Source of the DNA: Antedon mediterranea
Lineage: Eukaryota > Animalia > Echinodermata
Length of the DNA: 64,000 nucleotides
Assembly (NCBI RefSeq): GCF_964355755.1
Contig: NC_092673.1
Location: 16,985,648-17,049,647, forward strand
Direction of reading: 5' to 3'
Part shown: piece after piece, positions 34,997-49,182 of the stretch
How the letters are laid out: each line of letters opens with the position of its first letter
Numbering within the stretch: the first letter of the stretch is position 1
The notes under the pieces: model-generated
Database searches by the model: none
What the model saw: only the letters and a program-made list of their open reading frames with translations
What the model was told of the DNA's origin: nothing
Program-made: the position numbers and the translations under genes

Positions 34997-37672
34997 ATAC
35001 CATCATTTTGAGTATATGGAACACAATGCATATTATGATGAATAAACCACTGTAATAAGCAATGAGGCCGTTTTCCTATGTTATAGCATTGTGTTCCTGT
35101 GGTATCATATTGGGTATATGGAACACAATGCATTATTGATAATGAATTAACCACTGTAATATGAGGCCGTTTTCCTATGTTAAAGCATTGTGTTCCTGGG
35201 GTATCATATTGGGTATATGGAACACAATGCATTATTGATAATGAATTAACCACTGTAATATGAGGCCGTTTTCCTATGTTATAGCATTGTGTTCCTGTGG
35301 TATCATTTTGGGTATATGGAACAAATGCATTATATATGATGAATAAACCACTGTAATAAGCAATGAGGCCGTTTTCCTATGTTAAAGCATTGTGTTCCTG
35401 GCGTATCATTTTGGGTATATGGAACAAATGCATTATATATAATGAATAAACCACAATACGAGGCCGTTTTCCTATGTTAAAGTATTGTGTTCCTGGGGTA
35501 TCATTATGGGTATATGGAACACAATGCATTATATATAATGAATAAACCACTGTAATATGAGGCCGTTTTCCTATGTTAAAGTATTGTGTTCCTGGGGTAT
35601 CATTATGGGTATATGGAACACAATGCATTATATATAATGAATAAACCACTGTAGCAATGAGGCCGTTTTCCTATGTTAAAGTTTTGTGTTCCTGGTGTAT
35701 CATTTTGGGTATATGGAACACAATGCATTATATAATTATAATGAATAAACCACTTCAATAAGCAATGAGGCCGTTTTCCTTTTGGGTATATGGAACACAA
35801 TGCATTATATATGATGAATAAACCACTGTAATATGAGGCCGTTTTCCTATGTTAAAGTATTGTGTTCCTGAGGTATCATTTTGGGTATATGCAACACAAT
35901 GCATTATATGATGAATAAACCACTGCAATATGAGGCCGTTTTCCTATGTTAAAGCATTGTGTTCCTGGGGTATCATTTTGGTTATATGGAACACAATGCA
36001 TTATATATGATGAATAAACCACGTAATATGAGGCCGTTTTCCTATGTTAAAGCATTGTGTTCCTGGAGTATCATTTTGGTTACCGTATATGAAACACAAT
36101 AGTCTAGTAGGAAGGAGGGGTTACCGTGCACCCCCATGATGTATTTTTTTAATGTACATTTTTGTAATCCTGAATATATGTAATTAACATTTTTTGATGT
36201 TCCCAAGACGAAATATTGTCCCATGGGGTTTTTAGGGGGCCATTTTGGTGGCCATCTTGGATTTATCAAAATCATAAATATAGACGGTACTTGACAAAGA
36301 CTGATCATAGAGGTCTGATTTTGGTCTTAAATTGTTCAGAATATGCACATTTCTATGTACTATAATGCATTTATACAGTAATGAATAAACCACTTCAATA
36401 AGCAAAGAGGCCGTTTTCCTATGTTAAAGCATTGTGTTCCTGTGGTATCATTTTGGGTATATGGAACACAATGCATTATATATGATGAATAAACCACTGT
36501 AATATGAGGCCGTTTTCCTATGTTAAAGTATTGTGTTCCTGGGGTATCATTATGGGTATATGGAACACAATGCATTATATATAATGAATAAACCACTGTA
36601 ATATGAGGCCGTTTTCCTATGTTAAAGTATTGTGTTCCTGGGGTATCATTATGGGTATATGAAACACAATGCATTATATATAATGTTTAAACCACTATAA
36701 CAATAAGCAATGAGGTAGTTTTCCTATGTTAAAGCATTGTGTTCCTGGGGTATCATTTTGGGTATATGGAACACAATGCATTAAAGATAATGAATTAACC
36801 ACTGTAATAAGCAATAAAGGCCGTTTTCCTATGTTAAAGCATTGTGTTCCTGGGGTATCATTTTGAGTATGTAACAACACAATGCATTTATACAGTAATG
36901 AATAAACCACTTCAATAAGCAAAGAGGCCGTTTTCCTATGTTAAAGCATTGTGTTCCTGTGGTATCATTTTGGGTATATGGAACACAATGCATTATATAT
37001 GATGAATAAACCACTGTATGAGGCCGTTTTTCTATGTTAAAGCATTGTGTTCCTGGGGTATCATTTTGGGTATATGGAACACAATGCATTATATAATTAT
37101 AATGAATAAACCACTGTAATAAGCAATGAGGCCGTTTTCCTATGTTATAGCATTGTGTTCCTGGGGTATCATTTTGGGTATATGGAACACAATGCATTAT
37201 ATATAATGAATAAACCACTGTAATATGAGGCCGTTTTCCTATGTTAAAGCATTGTGTTCCTGGGGTATCATTTTGGGTATATGGAACACAATGCATTATA
37301 TATAATGAATAAACCACTGTAATGAGGCCGTTTTCCTATGTTAAAGTATTTTGTTCCTGGGGTATCATTTTGGGTAATCCGTATATGGAACACAATGCAT
37401 TATATTATATAATGAATAAACCACTGTAATAAGCAATGAGGCCGTTTTCCCATGTTAAAGCATTGTGTTCCTGTGGTATCATTTTGGGTATATGGAACAC
37501 AATGCATTATAGGCTAATGAATAAACCACTGTAATATGAGGCCGTTTTCCTATGTTAAAGCATTGTGTTCCTGGGGTATCGTTTTGGTTATATGGAACAT
37601 AATGCATTATATATAATAAATAAACCACTGTAATATGAGGCCGTTTTCCTATGTTAAAGCATTTTGTTCCAT
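34997..37672 (-). repeat. 93-bp satellite array (left, reverse orientation), interrupted by ~275 bp of unrelated sequence at ~36100-36360
   Basis: Reverse-complement units of aatgcattgtgttccatatacccaaaatgataccccaggaacacaatgctttaacataggaaaacggcctcatattacagtggtttattcattatatat, with indel variants. Confidence 0.95.
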
Positions 37673-37985
37673 ATAAATGTTCAATATAGGTTGCTCCATC
37701 CATATTGCAAAAAAAAAATAACTATCGAGCCATATTACCGATTTTTTTAATTTACGTTTTTACAAAATATACACTTATGAAAGACCATACAATTCCAACG
37801 CATTTTTTAAACCTAATAAAGATTTTGAAAAAAACAACCAACAAAAAACGTTCATGAATGAAATTTTGTTTCTGTGAATAGAGCAACCTATATTGAACAT
37901 ATAAAAGAAGTTTCAAATGTTTTTAAATTCGAAAAGTATTTTTTATCGATGTTTTTTGTATATGTTTTAAGCAAAATTCTATCCA

Positions 37986-39235
37986 CTAGATGGTACGCTC
38001 GCTTCGCTCGCGTACCATCTAGGTCGTGCCCACAGATGGTTCTCGAATACATAATAATTTCAGCGTTAAAAAACTGGCGATTTCAAATGTACGTACAATA
38101 ATACATGTCGTTTACAGGAACGAATAAATAGACACTGATTTATGTACTAAAATTAGCACCCTGAGAATTACTTCCGAAAGAGAAACTTGTCACAAAATGA
38201 GACCAATTGTTTAAGTCAAATTTAAACAAACTTAATTTGTGTTTTGTATGTAACATTAGGGGTGAGGGATGGGGAAGAGGATGGGTGCAAAGAGGAACAA
38301 TTTTTAAATATATTAAATATATTCTTTATCCATTTAGTAACGAAATATTAATTGTTTTCATGTTTTACAAATAATATATCACTAAACACAGTAAAACATT
38401 GCTATGTAATACTTTGTTGAAACTATCACCGTCCTAGTCGATTGAAATACAGTACATGTAACGATACATCACTACGACGTGTATGTTTATATAATGTAAA
38501 ACAATTTTTGAAAACCACCTCTATTCGGGGAAAGTCATAAAATCGATTTAATCGTCAATAAAAATTAAATTATCTAACTCAACTTTATTAGTAGGCCTAA
38601 TGGTTTTCAATTGTTTCTTAGAGCCAATTCATACTTAAGTTGGTTCCTACCCTACCCACCAAAGTTGTTCTGCGTTTAGGGGATTTGATGCACCGTAGGC
38701 CTATCCTCTACTGGTTTTACAACGCTACTCATGCCAGTGAGGGAAGGGTGATGATGTGGGTGGTTTAACTGCAATAATAAAGATTTATACATAATATACG
38801 GCGAGTGAAAACGCTAGCTCTTTATCCGTTTAAAAAAAATTTATATCCAACCTCTGCAGCACAGATTGAAAAACAAATGGATCGAATTTCTGTTATGAGT
38901 ATACAGTACTTGCCTTTACGACGCCTGAGGGAATAGACACTTGTGGAACAGAGATTGGAATGTTCCATTCATCGCAAATCAATACATTTGTATAAACGTA
39001 TATTAAATCTATCAAAATAGTATTTTTTAAAGAAAATCGGCCTGTCCTCAACATTATGATGCTGTACTCGAGCTGTTCAACCGGTTTTCAGCCATTAAAA
39101 ACAATTATCGTAGGAGGAGATAGGAAAATGCGAAGCATCCTCGTATTATCGTCTGCGGGTATTTTTCAAGACGGACATCCATTAGACAGTGTATACCACG
39201 ATCGAAAAACACCCCTATTTGGGGCAAATCGTTGA
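37986..39235 (-). mobile_element. Helitron copy (5'-truncated), same family as 10646-12078
   Basis: Colinear high identity with 10646-11895, including the terminal hairpin and CTAG|T. Confidence 0.85.
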
Positions 39236-39320
39236 TGAAATTTGGAGATATGAAACTTTGTTAGGAGTAGAATCAGCTTCCAGCATTGAATGTTAAAAAT
39301 ATGTTTATATTAATCATTAA

Positions 39321-40499
39321 TCTATATATAAATTTACGTAAGGGCAAAATTCGGTAAATCGCGCGTTATTTCTAGAATGTGTACTCGATGGTATATAAAG
39401 TTGGTTATAATCTCGGTACTGATTTTAACCACCTGATGTAACCCTGTTTACTAATTAAATTTAGTTAGATAATTAGTTATTGACAATTAAAACGAATTTA
39501 GGTTCAACCATTTGCCCCAAATAGGGGTGTTTTCCGATCGTGGTATACACTGTCTAATGGATGTCCTCATGAAAAATACCTGTACACAATAATACGAGGA
39601 TACTTCGCATTTTCCTATCTCCTCCTACGATAATTGTTTTTAATAGCTGAAAACCGGTTGAACAGCTCGAGTAGAGTATCATAATGTTGAAGACAGGCCG
39701 ATTTTCTTAAAAAAAATACTATTTTGATAGATTTAATATACGTTTATACAAATGTATTGATTTGCGATGAATGGAACATTCCAAATTATTTGGTTTAACC
39801 ATGCTTGCATACCTCCATGATTTAACACAAGTAGGTCAATTTATGGGCCCTTTGAGAATAAACATAAATAGTATTGTAAAGCTATACAATACTGTAAATA
39901 GGTATTAACCACTTTTGATAGCCATTTGAATCGCAAATTTCTTATTGTGTGGGTTGGTAGGCCTACTGTTTATTATATATAAACAAATATACTAATAAAC
40001 TTTATTACTGTGAGTGTGGGTAGCCCCTACTTTTAGATTATAAACACATAATAATATAATACTTTATTACTGACAGTTGCTTCTCAACGTTTGTATTAAT
40101 TAATAATTACAAAAAAATATAAACGTCGTGGTGGTGTATCGTTACATGTACTTTACTATTTCAATCCACTATGACAGTGACAATTTTAACAGTTATTAAA
40201 TCGGAAATGTTTTACTCTATTTAGTGTTATGTTATTTATAGGCCTATTAAAAAAAAAACCCAACCCTCAATAATGTTAGATACAAAATACAAATTGGGTT
40301 TGTTTAATGAGTCCAAATGAAACATTTGGACTCATTTTGTGAGAAGTTTCTCTTTTGGAAGTAATTCGCACGGTGCTAATTTTGGTTGACTACATAAATA
40401 CATAAATAAATGTTTTATAGTCATGCGGTACGTAGGCCTACATTTTGAAATCGCCAGTTTTTTTACGCTGAAATTACTATGTATTCGAGAACCATCTAG
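39321..40499 (+). mobile_element. Helitron copy on plus strand, 3' hairpin deleted
   Basis: Starts A|TCTATATATAAATTTACGTAAG and ends accatCTAG|T; lacks the segment between the two accatct motifs present in the other copies. Confidence 0.8.
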
Positions 40500-40904
40500 T
40501 TAATAATAATTATTAATAAATTAATAGAAAACTAGAGAGGGCGCTCGAGTTTATTCAATTTACTGTAATATACACTGTTACATACTATTTTATTGGGAAG
40601 ATGCCCCCACACTTCATCTCCTGAACTAACATAGTACAGTATAAGTCAAATTAATTGTTTTACATTTTTTTTATTGAAATCAATCTGCCTCAAAAAATAT
40701 TATAATAGTACAATAACAGAAAGGTAGATAGGTATTTTTATAATTTTTCAATTTAAAAATGTAAACAGAAAAAAAACTGAATAAATTTTTATACATACAT
40801 TATAAATGAAATAAAATAACTACTATTTTAGTAATGCATACACAAGTACAGAATATCAGAAATCAATGAATTATGTTTCTAAATATGGCATTATTAGGCT
40901 AATT

Positions 40905-42740
40905 CCATATACCCAAAAATGATACCACAGGAACACAATGCTATAACATAGGAAAACGGCCTCATATTACAGTGGTTAATTCATTATCAATAATGCATTG
41001 TGTTCCATATACCCAATATGATACCCCAGGAACACAATGCTTTAACATAGGAAAACGGCCTCATATTACAGTGGTTAATTCATTATCAATAATGCATTGT
41101 GTTCCATATACCCAATATGATACCACAGGAACACAATGCTATAACATAGGAAAACGGCCTCATATTACAGTGGTTAATTCATTATCAATAATGCATTGTG
41201 TTCCATATACCCAATATGATACTCCAGGAACACAATGCTTTAACATAGGAAAACGGCCTCATATTACAGTGGTTTATTCATCATATATAATGCATTGTGT
41301 TCCATATACCCAAAATGATACTCCAGGAACACAATGCTATAACAAAGGAAAACGGCCTCATATTACAGTGGTTTATTCATCATATATAATGCATTGTGTT
41401 CCATATACCCAAAATGATACTCCAGGAACACAATGCCTTAACATAGGAAAACGGCCTCATATTACAGTGGTTTATTCATGATATATAATGCATTGTGTTC
41501 CATATATCCAAAATGATACCCCAGGAACACAATGCTATAACATAGGAAAACGGCCTCATATTACAGTGGTTTATTCATCATATATAATGCATTGTGTTCC
41601 ATATACCCAAAATGATACTCCAGGAACACAATGCTTTAACATAGGAAAACGGCCTCATATTACAGTGGTTTATTCATCATATATAATGCATTGTGTTTCA
41701 TATACCCAAAATGATACGCCAGGAACACAATGCTTTAACATAGGAAAACGGCCTCATATTACAGTGGTTTATTCATTATATATAATGCATTGTGTTCCAT
41801 ATACCCAAAATGATACCCCAGGAACACAATGCTATAACATAGGAAAACGGCCTCATATTACAGTGGTTTATTCATCATATATAATGCATTGTGTTCCATA
41901 TACCCAAAATGATACTCCAGGAACACAATGCTTTAACATAGGAAAACGGCCTCATATTACAGTGGTTTATTCATCATATATAATGCATTGTGTTTCATAT
42001 ACCCAAAATGATACGCCAGGAACACAATGCTTTAACATAGGAAAACGGCCTCATATTACAGTGGTTTATTCATTATATATAATGCATTGTGTTCCATATA
42101 CCCAAAATGATACCACCGGAACACAGTGCTTTAACATAGGAAAACGGCCTCGTTGCTTATAGTGGTTTATTCATCATATATAATGCATTGTGTTCCATAT
42201 ACCCAAAATGATACCACAGGAACACAATGCTATAACATAGCAAAACGGCCTCATTGCTTATTACAGTGGTTTATTCATTATATAATGCATTGTGTTCCAT
42301 ATACCCAAAATGATACCCCAGGAACACAATGCTTTAACATAGGAAAACGGCCTCATTGCTTATTACAGTGGTTTATTCATTATTATAATGCATTGTGTTC
42401 CATATACCCAAAATGATACCCCAGGAACACAATGCTATAACATAGGAAAACGGCCTCATATTACAGTGGTTTATTCATTATATATAATGCATTGTGTTCC
42501 ATATACCCAAAATGATACCCCGGGAACACAATACTTTAACATAGGAAAACGGCCTCATTGTTTATTACAGTGGTTTATTCATTATAATGCATTGTGTTCC
42601 AAAAACCCAAAATGATACCCCAGGAACACAATACTTTAACGAGGAAAACGGCCTCATTGCTTATTGAAGTGGTTTATTTATCATATAATGCATTGTGTTC
42701 CATATACCCAAAATGACACCCCAGGAACACAATACTATAA
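40905..42740 (+). repeat. 93-bp satellite array (right, forward orientation), ~19-20 copies
   Basis: Same unit as 34997-37672; produces the pseudo-ORFs MHCVPYTQNDTPGTQC... Confidence 0.95.
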
Positions 42741-45700
42741 TTTTGCTATGGTTACTTAATTTTACTTAATCTTTATTAATACAAATATATTGATTTCCAA
42801 AGTGGTTCACAAAAGTTCTACAAAACTAAATGAAAATGATACACATTAATAAAACGCAAATTCAAGAAATGTTTCTACACTTCATACAAAAGAAAAATCA
42901 TGGAAGTGAATTGGATTAACACATCTACTTTGCAGAAAATGTAAACAAATAATACTGTAACTGAATTGATAAGCACTGATCCCTTTAAACTTTACTAATA
43001 AAACACTATCAATTACGAAGGGAAAAAACATGTTTCCACAACTTGATACAGAGAGTAGAGAATGCTCGATTGTCAAATGACGCTCTCCATCAATATCCAA
43101 TCACATCTTCCTTTAAAACTCTCTAAGTTGTTAATAATCAATGTCCATGAGCATGTTCATGTCTTCATTTTGATGGTCCGAATATAGCTCCCCATGGGCC
43201 ATGTTCAATGTTTTTGTTTCTATGGAACGTCAAAAGAGCAAAAATTATATAGGGGGCTGAAAACTCTGTGGAGTCCATCTACAGTGTGGATGGAACAATG
43301 TAAAATTAAAATTGTAATGATAATAGTATAATCATGCAAGTACGAAGAAATAAATAAATACTAGCAAATAAATTTTAATTTAAAAATCATGATAAGTTTT
43401 TTTGTTTCGTTTTCTTTCTGTTTTTATACTTGTACTATTATTGTTGCTCTTTTGGCGCTCCATAGAAACAAAAACATTGAGCATGGGGAGCTCGAGGAGT
43501 TACATTGTCATTACAGTATACAAAGAAACACATCTGTAAAATCATCAATTTAAAGGATTTATTTATTTGTTATTATGTGTTTCTCCTTCTGAAAGTACTT
43601 ATAAGTCCTAATTTTAAAGTGTGGTGTTCAGGATAAAGTTAGTCAACAAATTTGGAGTCAAAATACAAGAAAGGCAGGTGCGTAAGAAAAACATCCTCTG
43701 AAGCAACACAATGGAGTAAATATATACCAACAAACAACCCGTCAAGTTTGTTTGTTGTAAAGAAAAAATATACATTTACTCAACGGGCGAAAATAATGTG
43801 AGTTTATCTATGTTTTGCGGTAGTATTAAATTATATTTATGGTAATAAATGAAACCTACTGTGTTTAAAATTATGGGATCAGGTGCCGTTTTCGGCCACC
43901 TCGACTTGTGATATTTAGTTTAATTGTTTTGTAGTAAAACATGTTTTAATTCCGATTGTATTTTAGTATTTAGGATCGATGTTTTAATTCCGATTGTACT
44001 GTAGTTGTTTTTAATATGTTTTGATTCCGATTGTACTGTAGTTGTTTTTAATATGTTTTGATTCCGATTGTACTGTAGTATTTAAGATTTTCTAATTTCG
44101 AATCGTATTGTACTAAAATTTATTGTGTTTAAATCCAGATAGGCATAACATAGTATTTAATATGTTTTAATTTTGATTATACTGTAGTTTAGTTTTTATA
44201 TATAGTAAGTAAGTTACCTACTTATATAGTTAATATTGTTACAAAATCTTGGCATTCCGTAACACAGTACCTAATAATAACATGCCTTATAAAAAGTACA
44301 TGCTTGCTAGTTTTTGATGTTCTGTATTGTAGGTTACATAACAGAACAATTGTATTGTCTTCCCATTCAATAGACACCATTCTCTACATAAAACATAATA
44401 CACCACACCCCTATCATAATAATGGTATAGTCCATACAAGTCGAGGTGGCCGAAAACGGCACCCTGATCCAAAATTATGTATGGATAAACAAGTATTGTT
44501 TTTAAGCTGTAGTATATCTTAGTATTTGTAATCTTAGGTGTTGGGTCTTAGCTTTCGTGATCTTAGGTCTTAGGGGGTCTGAGCTTTCGTGGTCTGAGCT
44601 TTCGTGACACCCCTAGCCTAGGCCTACTAGCTAGACCTAGTAGTACTGTACGTAGAAAGGCATTAGGGCCAGGCCTAGCCTTCTACCTAGGCCTACTATT
44701 CTCTTTTAATCTAGGCCCTTGTAGGCTAGCCTAGTAATAATGATGTAAAGCGTTCAGAGAAACTTAAACCAATAGACGATTTTCGTGCTACGGAAGCCAT
44801 CTTGCAGAATATGTACAAAAAATAAAAAATATATTTAGATTAATATTAAGATAATAAATGTTTGCTGATGTCTTTAATATGACTGATAGCCCCCTGGACC
44901 AGTCCAGATCAAATTTGAGATAACAAATTAGGCCTATTATAAGAGATCTGTGGAGCCCAAAAGTCTTTAGTATGACTTTGTAGTCCCCAAAACATTTTTT
45001 CATAGCTTTCATTCAATCACCATTTTTTTAATTTATTCGGTATATAAAAATATATTACAAAACGACAGTCAAGGACTGAAATGAAATGTATTAGTTAATA
45101 ATATTAAAGTTGGATACAAAAGAAACATATTGTGGTTTTGGTTTACAAGTTGAAATAATTAATTAGGCCAGACAAAATATATTGTTAAGTTACCACTCTT
45201 CCCTGATTTTTTTAGCCTCTTCTCTTTTTCTTTTCTGAGTGACAACAAAATAACTAACAATTACGATAAATCATTACATTTTATTTTACCAACAGGAACA
45301 ATTTTATTGCATTAAATAGTTTCTTAAAGTTGAAAATAGTGATTCATTTGTTCGTGTTTGAAGGAATTAGTATCACTTTATTTCAAGATGGTAGCATAAA
45401 ACAATGTTGATGACCTATTAAAGCATAATACTTTAGTAAAAAAAAAAAAACGCCCTTGATGCTTAACAAGTATTTATATTTTTTGACCTTATAAAACAGG
45501 TATTCTAAAATGTGAAACCTCAATAATATATAGAGTATGATTTAAACACTAGTTCGTTTCCGTGAATATGTTTTAACTTCCTGTTTTTGCAGTTAAATCT
45601 TTTGCAAGATTGTTTGAGGAAGTCAGTATTGTATTTGGTGAATATTCATTTATTTATGGTCAAACACAGTAAAATATTGTACATGGTTTGAAATTATTTT

Positions 45701-47405
45701 TGTTAAAAAAAAATATAAAAATCAGTTAAAAAGGTTAAAATTTGGTAAATACAGATAAAGCACATATAAATTCAGATAAAATACATCATTTAAAATACAA
45801 AATACAAGTAAGATTGGTGTGTGTAAGGGAACAGCATAAAATGACTACTGTTTCCATGTTTCATTGAATTGCCTGTTGGTTTTCCATCTTGGGTACACTA
45901 AACGCCTTGACTTGCTAAAAAATCACTCACCTGAACCGCATGAATGCGCAGTAAGCTCACTATTTGTTAGAGAAAGAAGACAGGATTTTTAGTCAAAATA
46001 ACGATTTAGATTTATCTGCCAATAGTGATATCGATGTTTCACAAATAAGTAGTATATTATGCTATTGAAATTAGTAAATTTTAGGTCATAATTTATTATT
46101 TCAAGCCTAGCTAGGCCTTCCTCTAGTAAGCCAGCCTTCAATTGGGCAAAAACATGCAGCCTGTCCACCAGGCTACAAACGAGATAGGCTAGTTTGTCTA
46201 GCCTAGGCCTAATATCGTCAAATGGTCATGATTAGAATGTCAAATGTCCACAAAATAATACTATTTATTTAGTATTCTTTCAAATAAATACAACTTGTAA
46301 TGCAAACTTATGAACCAGAAAAAAAAATGTTGTATTTTGTTTGTAATAGTCTCTGATTTCCTACATATTTAAATAACTGTACAGGAAGTAATATATAGAA
46401 CATTACATTATTGTTTCAGGTGCTGAAGGGTTAAGGGGGTGATTTATTATTTATTATTTTATTAGCTGCCTTCACTATCCAATCAATGTATATGTCATCT
46501 ACTGTAGTGTAATTAATTGTATAAACAGCCCCTTTAATTTAATGATATATTCAGCTTTCATCATCTATGCCATTTTCATCTATTCTATTTTCATCATCTA
46601 TTCATCATTGATAGAAATTTCATTGATGCAATTTTCATCATAACCAATAACTTGCGTAAGCGACGTTTCATAGATTCTGGTTTCACCAAAATATGTTCCG
46701 CTTGATGTTAATGAATAGTTTTCAGTAATGACATCGAAGAGAGCTTAGTTGTACAATCTTCATGGTAAATTCAAGCTAATTTACTACTGATGTTTATACT
46801 ATGTATGCTGGTTTTGAATAAAATTGCATATAAGCAAGCTGCATCATTTTAATCGTCCCTAGATAATTATACTAATTTATCAAACTAAATGATATTAAAG
46901 CTTGTTAATATTTATTTTATATAATGTCATAGTAAAATTTATTTTTCACAGCATAGGTTTATCGTATTACTGTATGTTGACCAGGTTTATAAGATGTTCT
47001 ATCCACAAATTTTAGAGAATGGCAGGCACTAAATCAACAGAAAAAAAAATAACATTGATAAAAAAAAAGATTCTTGACAATCACAACAGGTTCAATGCAG
47101 ATCACTTAACCTTAAAGAAGGCAAGACTGATTGAGGAAGTAATGTAATTCACAGAATAAGGAAATAGGGTGTTGGCCCTTGGTATAACAATAAGCATCTT
47201 ATAATAGGCAGCTTTATGATCGGACTGTGCAATTTTGAATGTAAAAATGTTATTTTATCATGTATGTTTCTTTAGATTCAGTGTGTAAATGTGAGTTGTA
47301 ATAGTATAGTTATTTATTTCATTTTATAATACTGTATTTTTACTTGTTGTAATTGTACAATGATCGTTTAGTAGCCTATCAAACAGTATTTATACAAATA
47401 ATTAA

Positions 47406-48034
47406 AGACACCTTCCCTATGTTTTTTAGATCTATTTTAAAATCACAAACTATATTTAATGTAAAAATAATACTATATGGTCCTATTGCGATAACTTTTT
47501 TCGTCTTTAAATGGTTAAAAATGTGAAAAATAAGTCGATTCTAATAATTATAGCGGCCCGCTATAAATCCCAAAATGCATTGCGCGTGGATTGATATTTC
47601 TGTTTTTCTTCTGTAATTCACCCACTTTTCGATCGATCGTGAGGCAAAAACAAATGGAATCGACTCCTAACTTTTCAGCGAAAATACCGGGTTTTCCCCA
47701 ATTTGTATCAACGGAGTCTGGCAAAAATAGAAAGACAATTAATGCAGCAACTATACAACGTCAGGCTAGGTATATAGCTAGCGCCGTACTATGTTTACGT
47801 TACCGATGTTTACCAGCTAGGCCTACAAAACTAAGCCTAGCTAGGCCAGGCCTAAAGACCGTCCACGAGAGGTCAGTCGCCGCGAGCTACTTAGGTAGTG
47901 CATTGTTTCTCACTTTTTATCATAATTTACCATAAAACGTACATTTAAGACAAGGAATGACCTGGTTTAATGTTTTTAAAGTAATATATATGTATTATTT
48001 TTACAAAACGTCACAAATTGTAGGGAAGGTGTCT
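47406..48034. mobile_element. Kolobok-like MITE
   Basis: TTAA|AGACACCTTCCCTA...TAGGGAAGGTGTCT|TTAA. Confidence 0.85.
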
Positions 48035-48555
48035 TTAATGTTTTATATTCTAATGGTACAAACAATGGCATCTAGTGTTAATATGTCAACAAATGACAAA
48101 ACAATCCTATAGGCCTAGCTAGTAATAGCAATTAGCCTAGCAAGGTAGAATGGCAGCAATTCTATTACGAAATTTCGACAGGCAACTGAAACTTATCTAC
48201 TAATTCTAAAAACTAACTAAAGGATTGACTAATTCTGGTTTTTTTTCTCCAAGATTTCATGTCTTGTAGAGATTAAAGATTAAGAGATTAATTAATCAAA
48301 ATCATAAAAACAATCTCAAGCTATAAATTGAATTGCTTTTTTTGTCTAATTTAATACATGTACCTCAAACCTGCCAACTTTTTCAGTGGCCAATGCGCGA
48401 AACATTAAATTAAATTGTATATAGCGCCCTCTATGTTATAATAACTTGAAAAATGCCCTGAGCTGTATGTTAAATTTTTCGCCGAATTGAGTTTGGCTTT
48501 CCTGTACTACTGTACCTCAACCATAAAATACAAATAAACATAGGCTTTAATAGGC

Positions 48556-49182
48556 CGGTCAGTCTAATTACCGAAAACAACCGCAAATAACCAAAACAAC
48601 TGAAAACATTTACTCCTCACAATAATTGTGAATACATTAATCCATAGTATAGAAAGTAAATTGACTATGGTTAATCATGATCAATTTAATTATAGATTAT
48701 CAAAGATAATAATACAAAAATGATATTTTAAGAATATTGATAATATTAGAGACTATATAAAGTATACTTAAAAAATAAAACAAGCTCACGATAAAGGATT
48801 CAATAAAATCTATTCAGTAAAATTACTGTAGTCGAGTAAATAACGTTTTTATCCTTAATCACTTCAGTATAGTGACGAAAAAGCAAAGTTAGGTAAAATC
48901 ATGCTTTGTTTTTGAAAATCTAAAGACTAAAAACGAAATGTGTTTATAGATTTTGGAAGTAAATGTAGTCTATTTTGTGCACACTACCATTTCGTAGGAT
49001 CTTCCTTGGCTTTTGCGCGTGTGGTTTTCTCTCTGTACGGTCTTAGCTTTAGAAACACTCATCAATAGAGAGCGACATTAAAAAAAATATTAATTTTTTA
49101 TTTTGTTTTTGGTTTGTTTGTTTTCGGTTGTTTTCGGTTGTTTGTGGTTGTTTTCGGTTATTTTCGGTAATTAGACTGACCC
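48556..49182. mobile_element. MITE with subterminal cgaaaacaac repeats
   Basis: ggtcagtctaattaccgaaaa...ttttcggtaattagactgacc TIRs; TSD not clear. Confidence 0.8.

Larger units (their letters stand above)
34233..44612. mobile_element. 10.4-kb non-coding element bounded by ~90-bp perfect TIRs (MULE/foldback-like)
   Basis: gggtgtcacgaaagctcagaccacgaaagctcagaccccctaagacctaagatcacgaaagctaagacccaacacctaagattacaaata at 34233 and its exact reverse complement ending at 44612; CTAGCCTAGG at 34223-34232 and 44613-44622. Confidence 0.75.

Noticed and set aside
40972-42615. ORFs of 31-aa Cys/His repeats (MHCVPYTQNDTPGTQC...GKRPH) resembling zinc fingers
   Set aside because: They arise from a 93-bp satellite unit divisible by 3; frequent frameshifting variants, both orientations present, no C2H2 spacing, no splice context.
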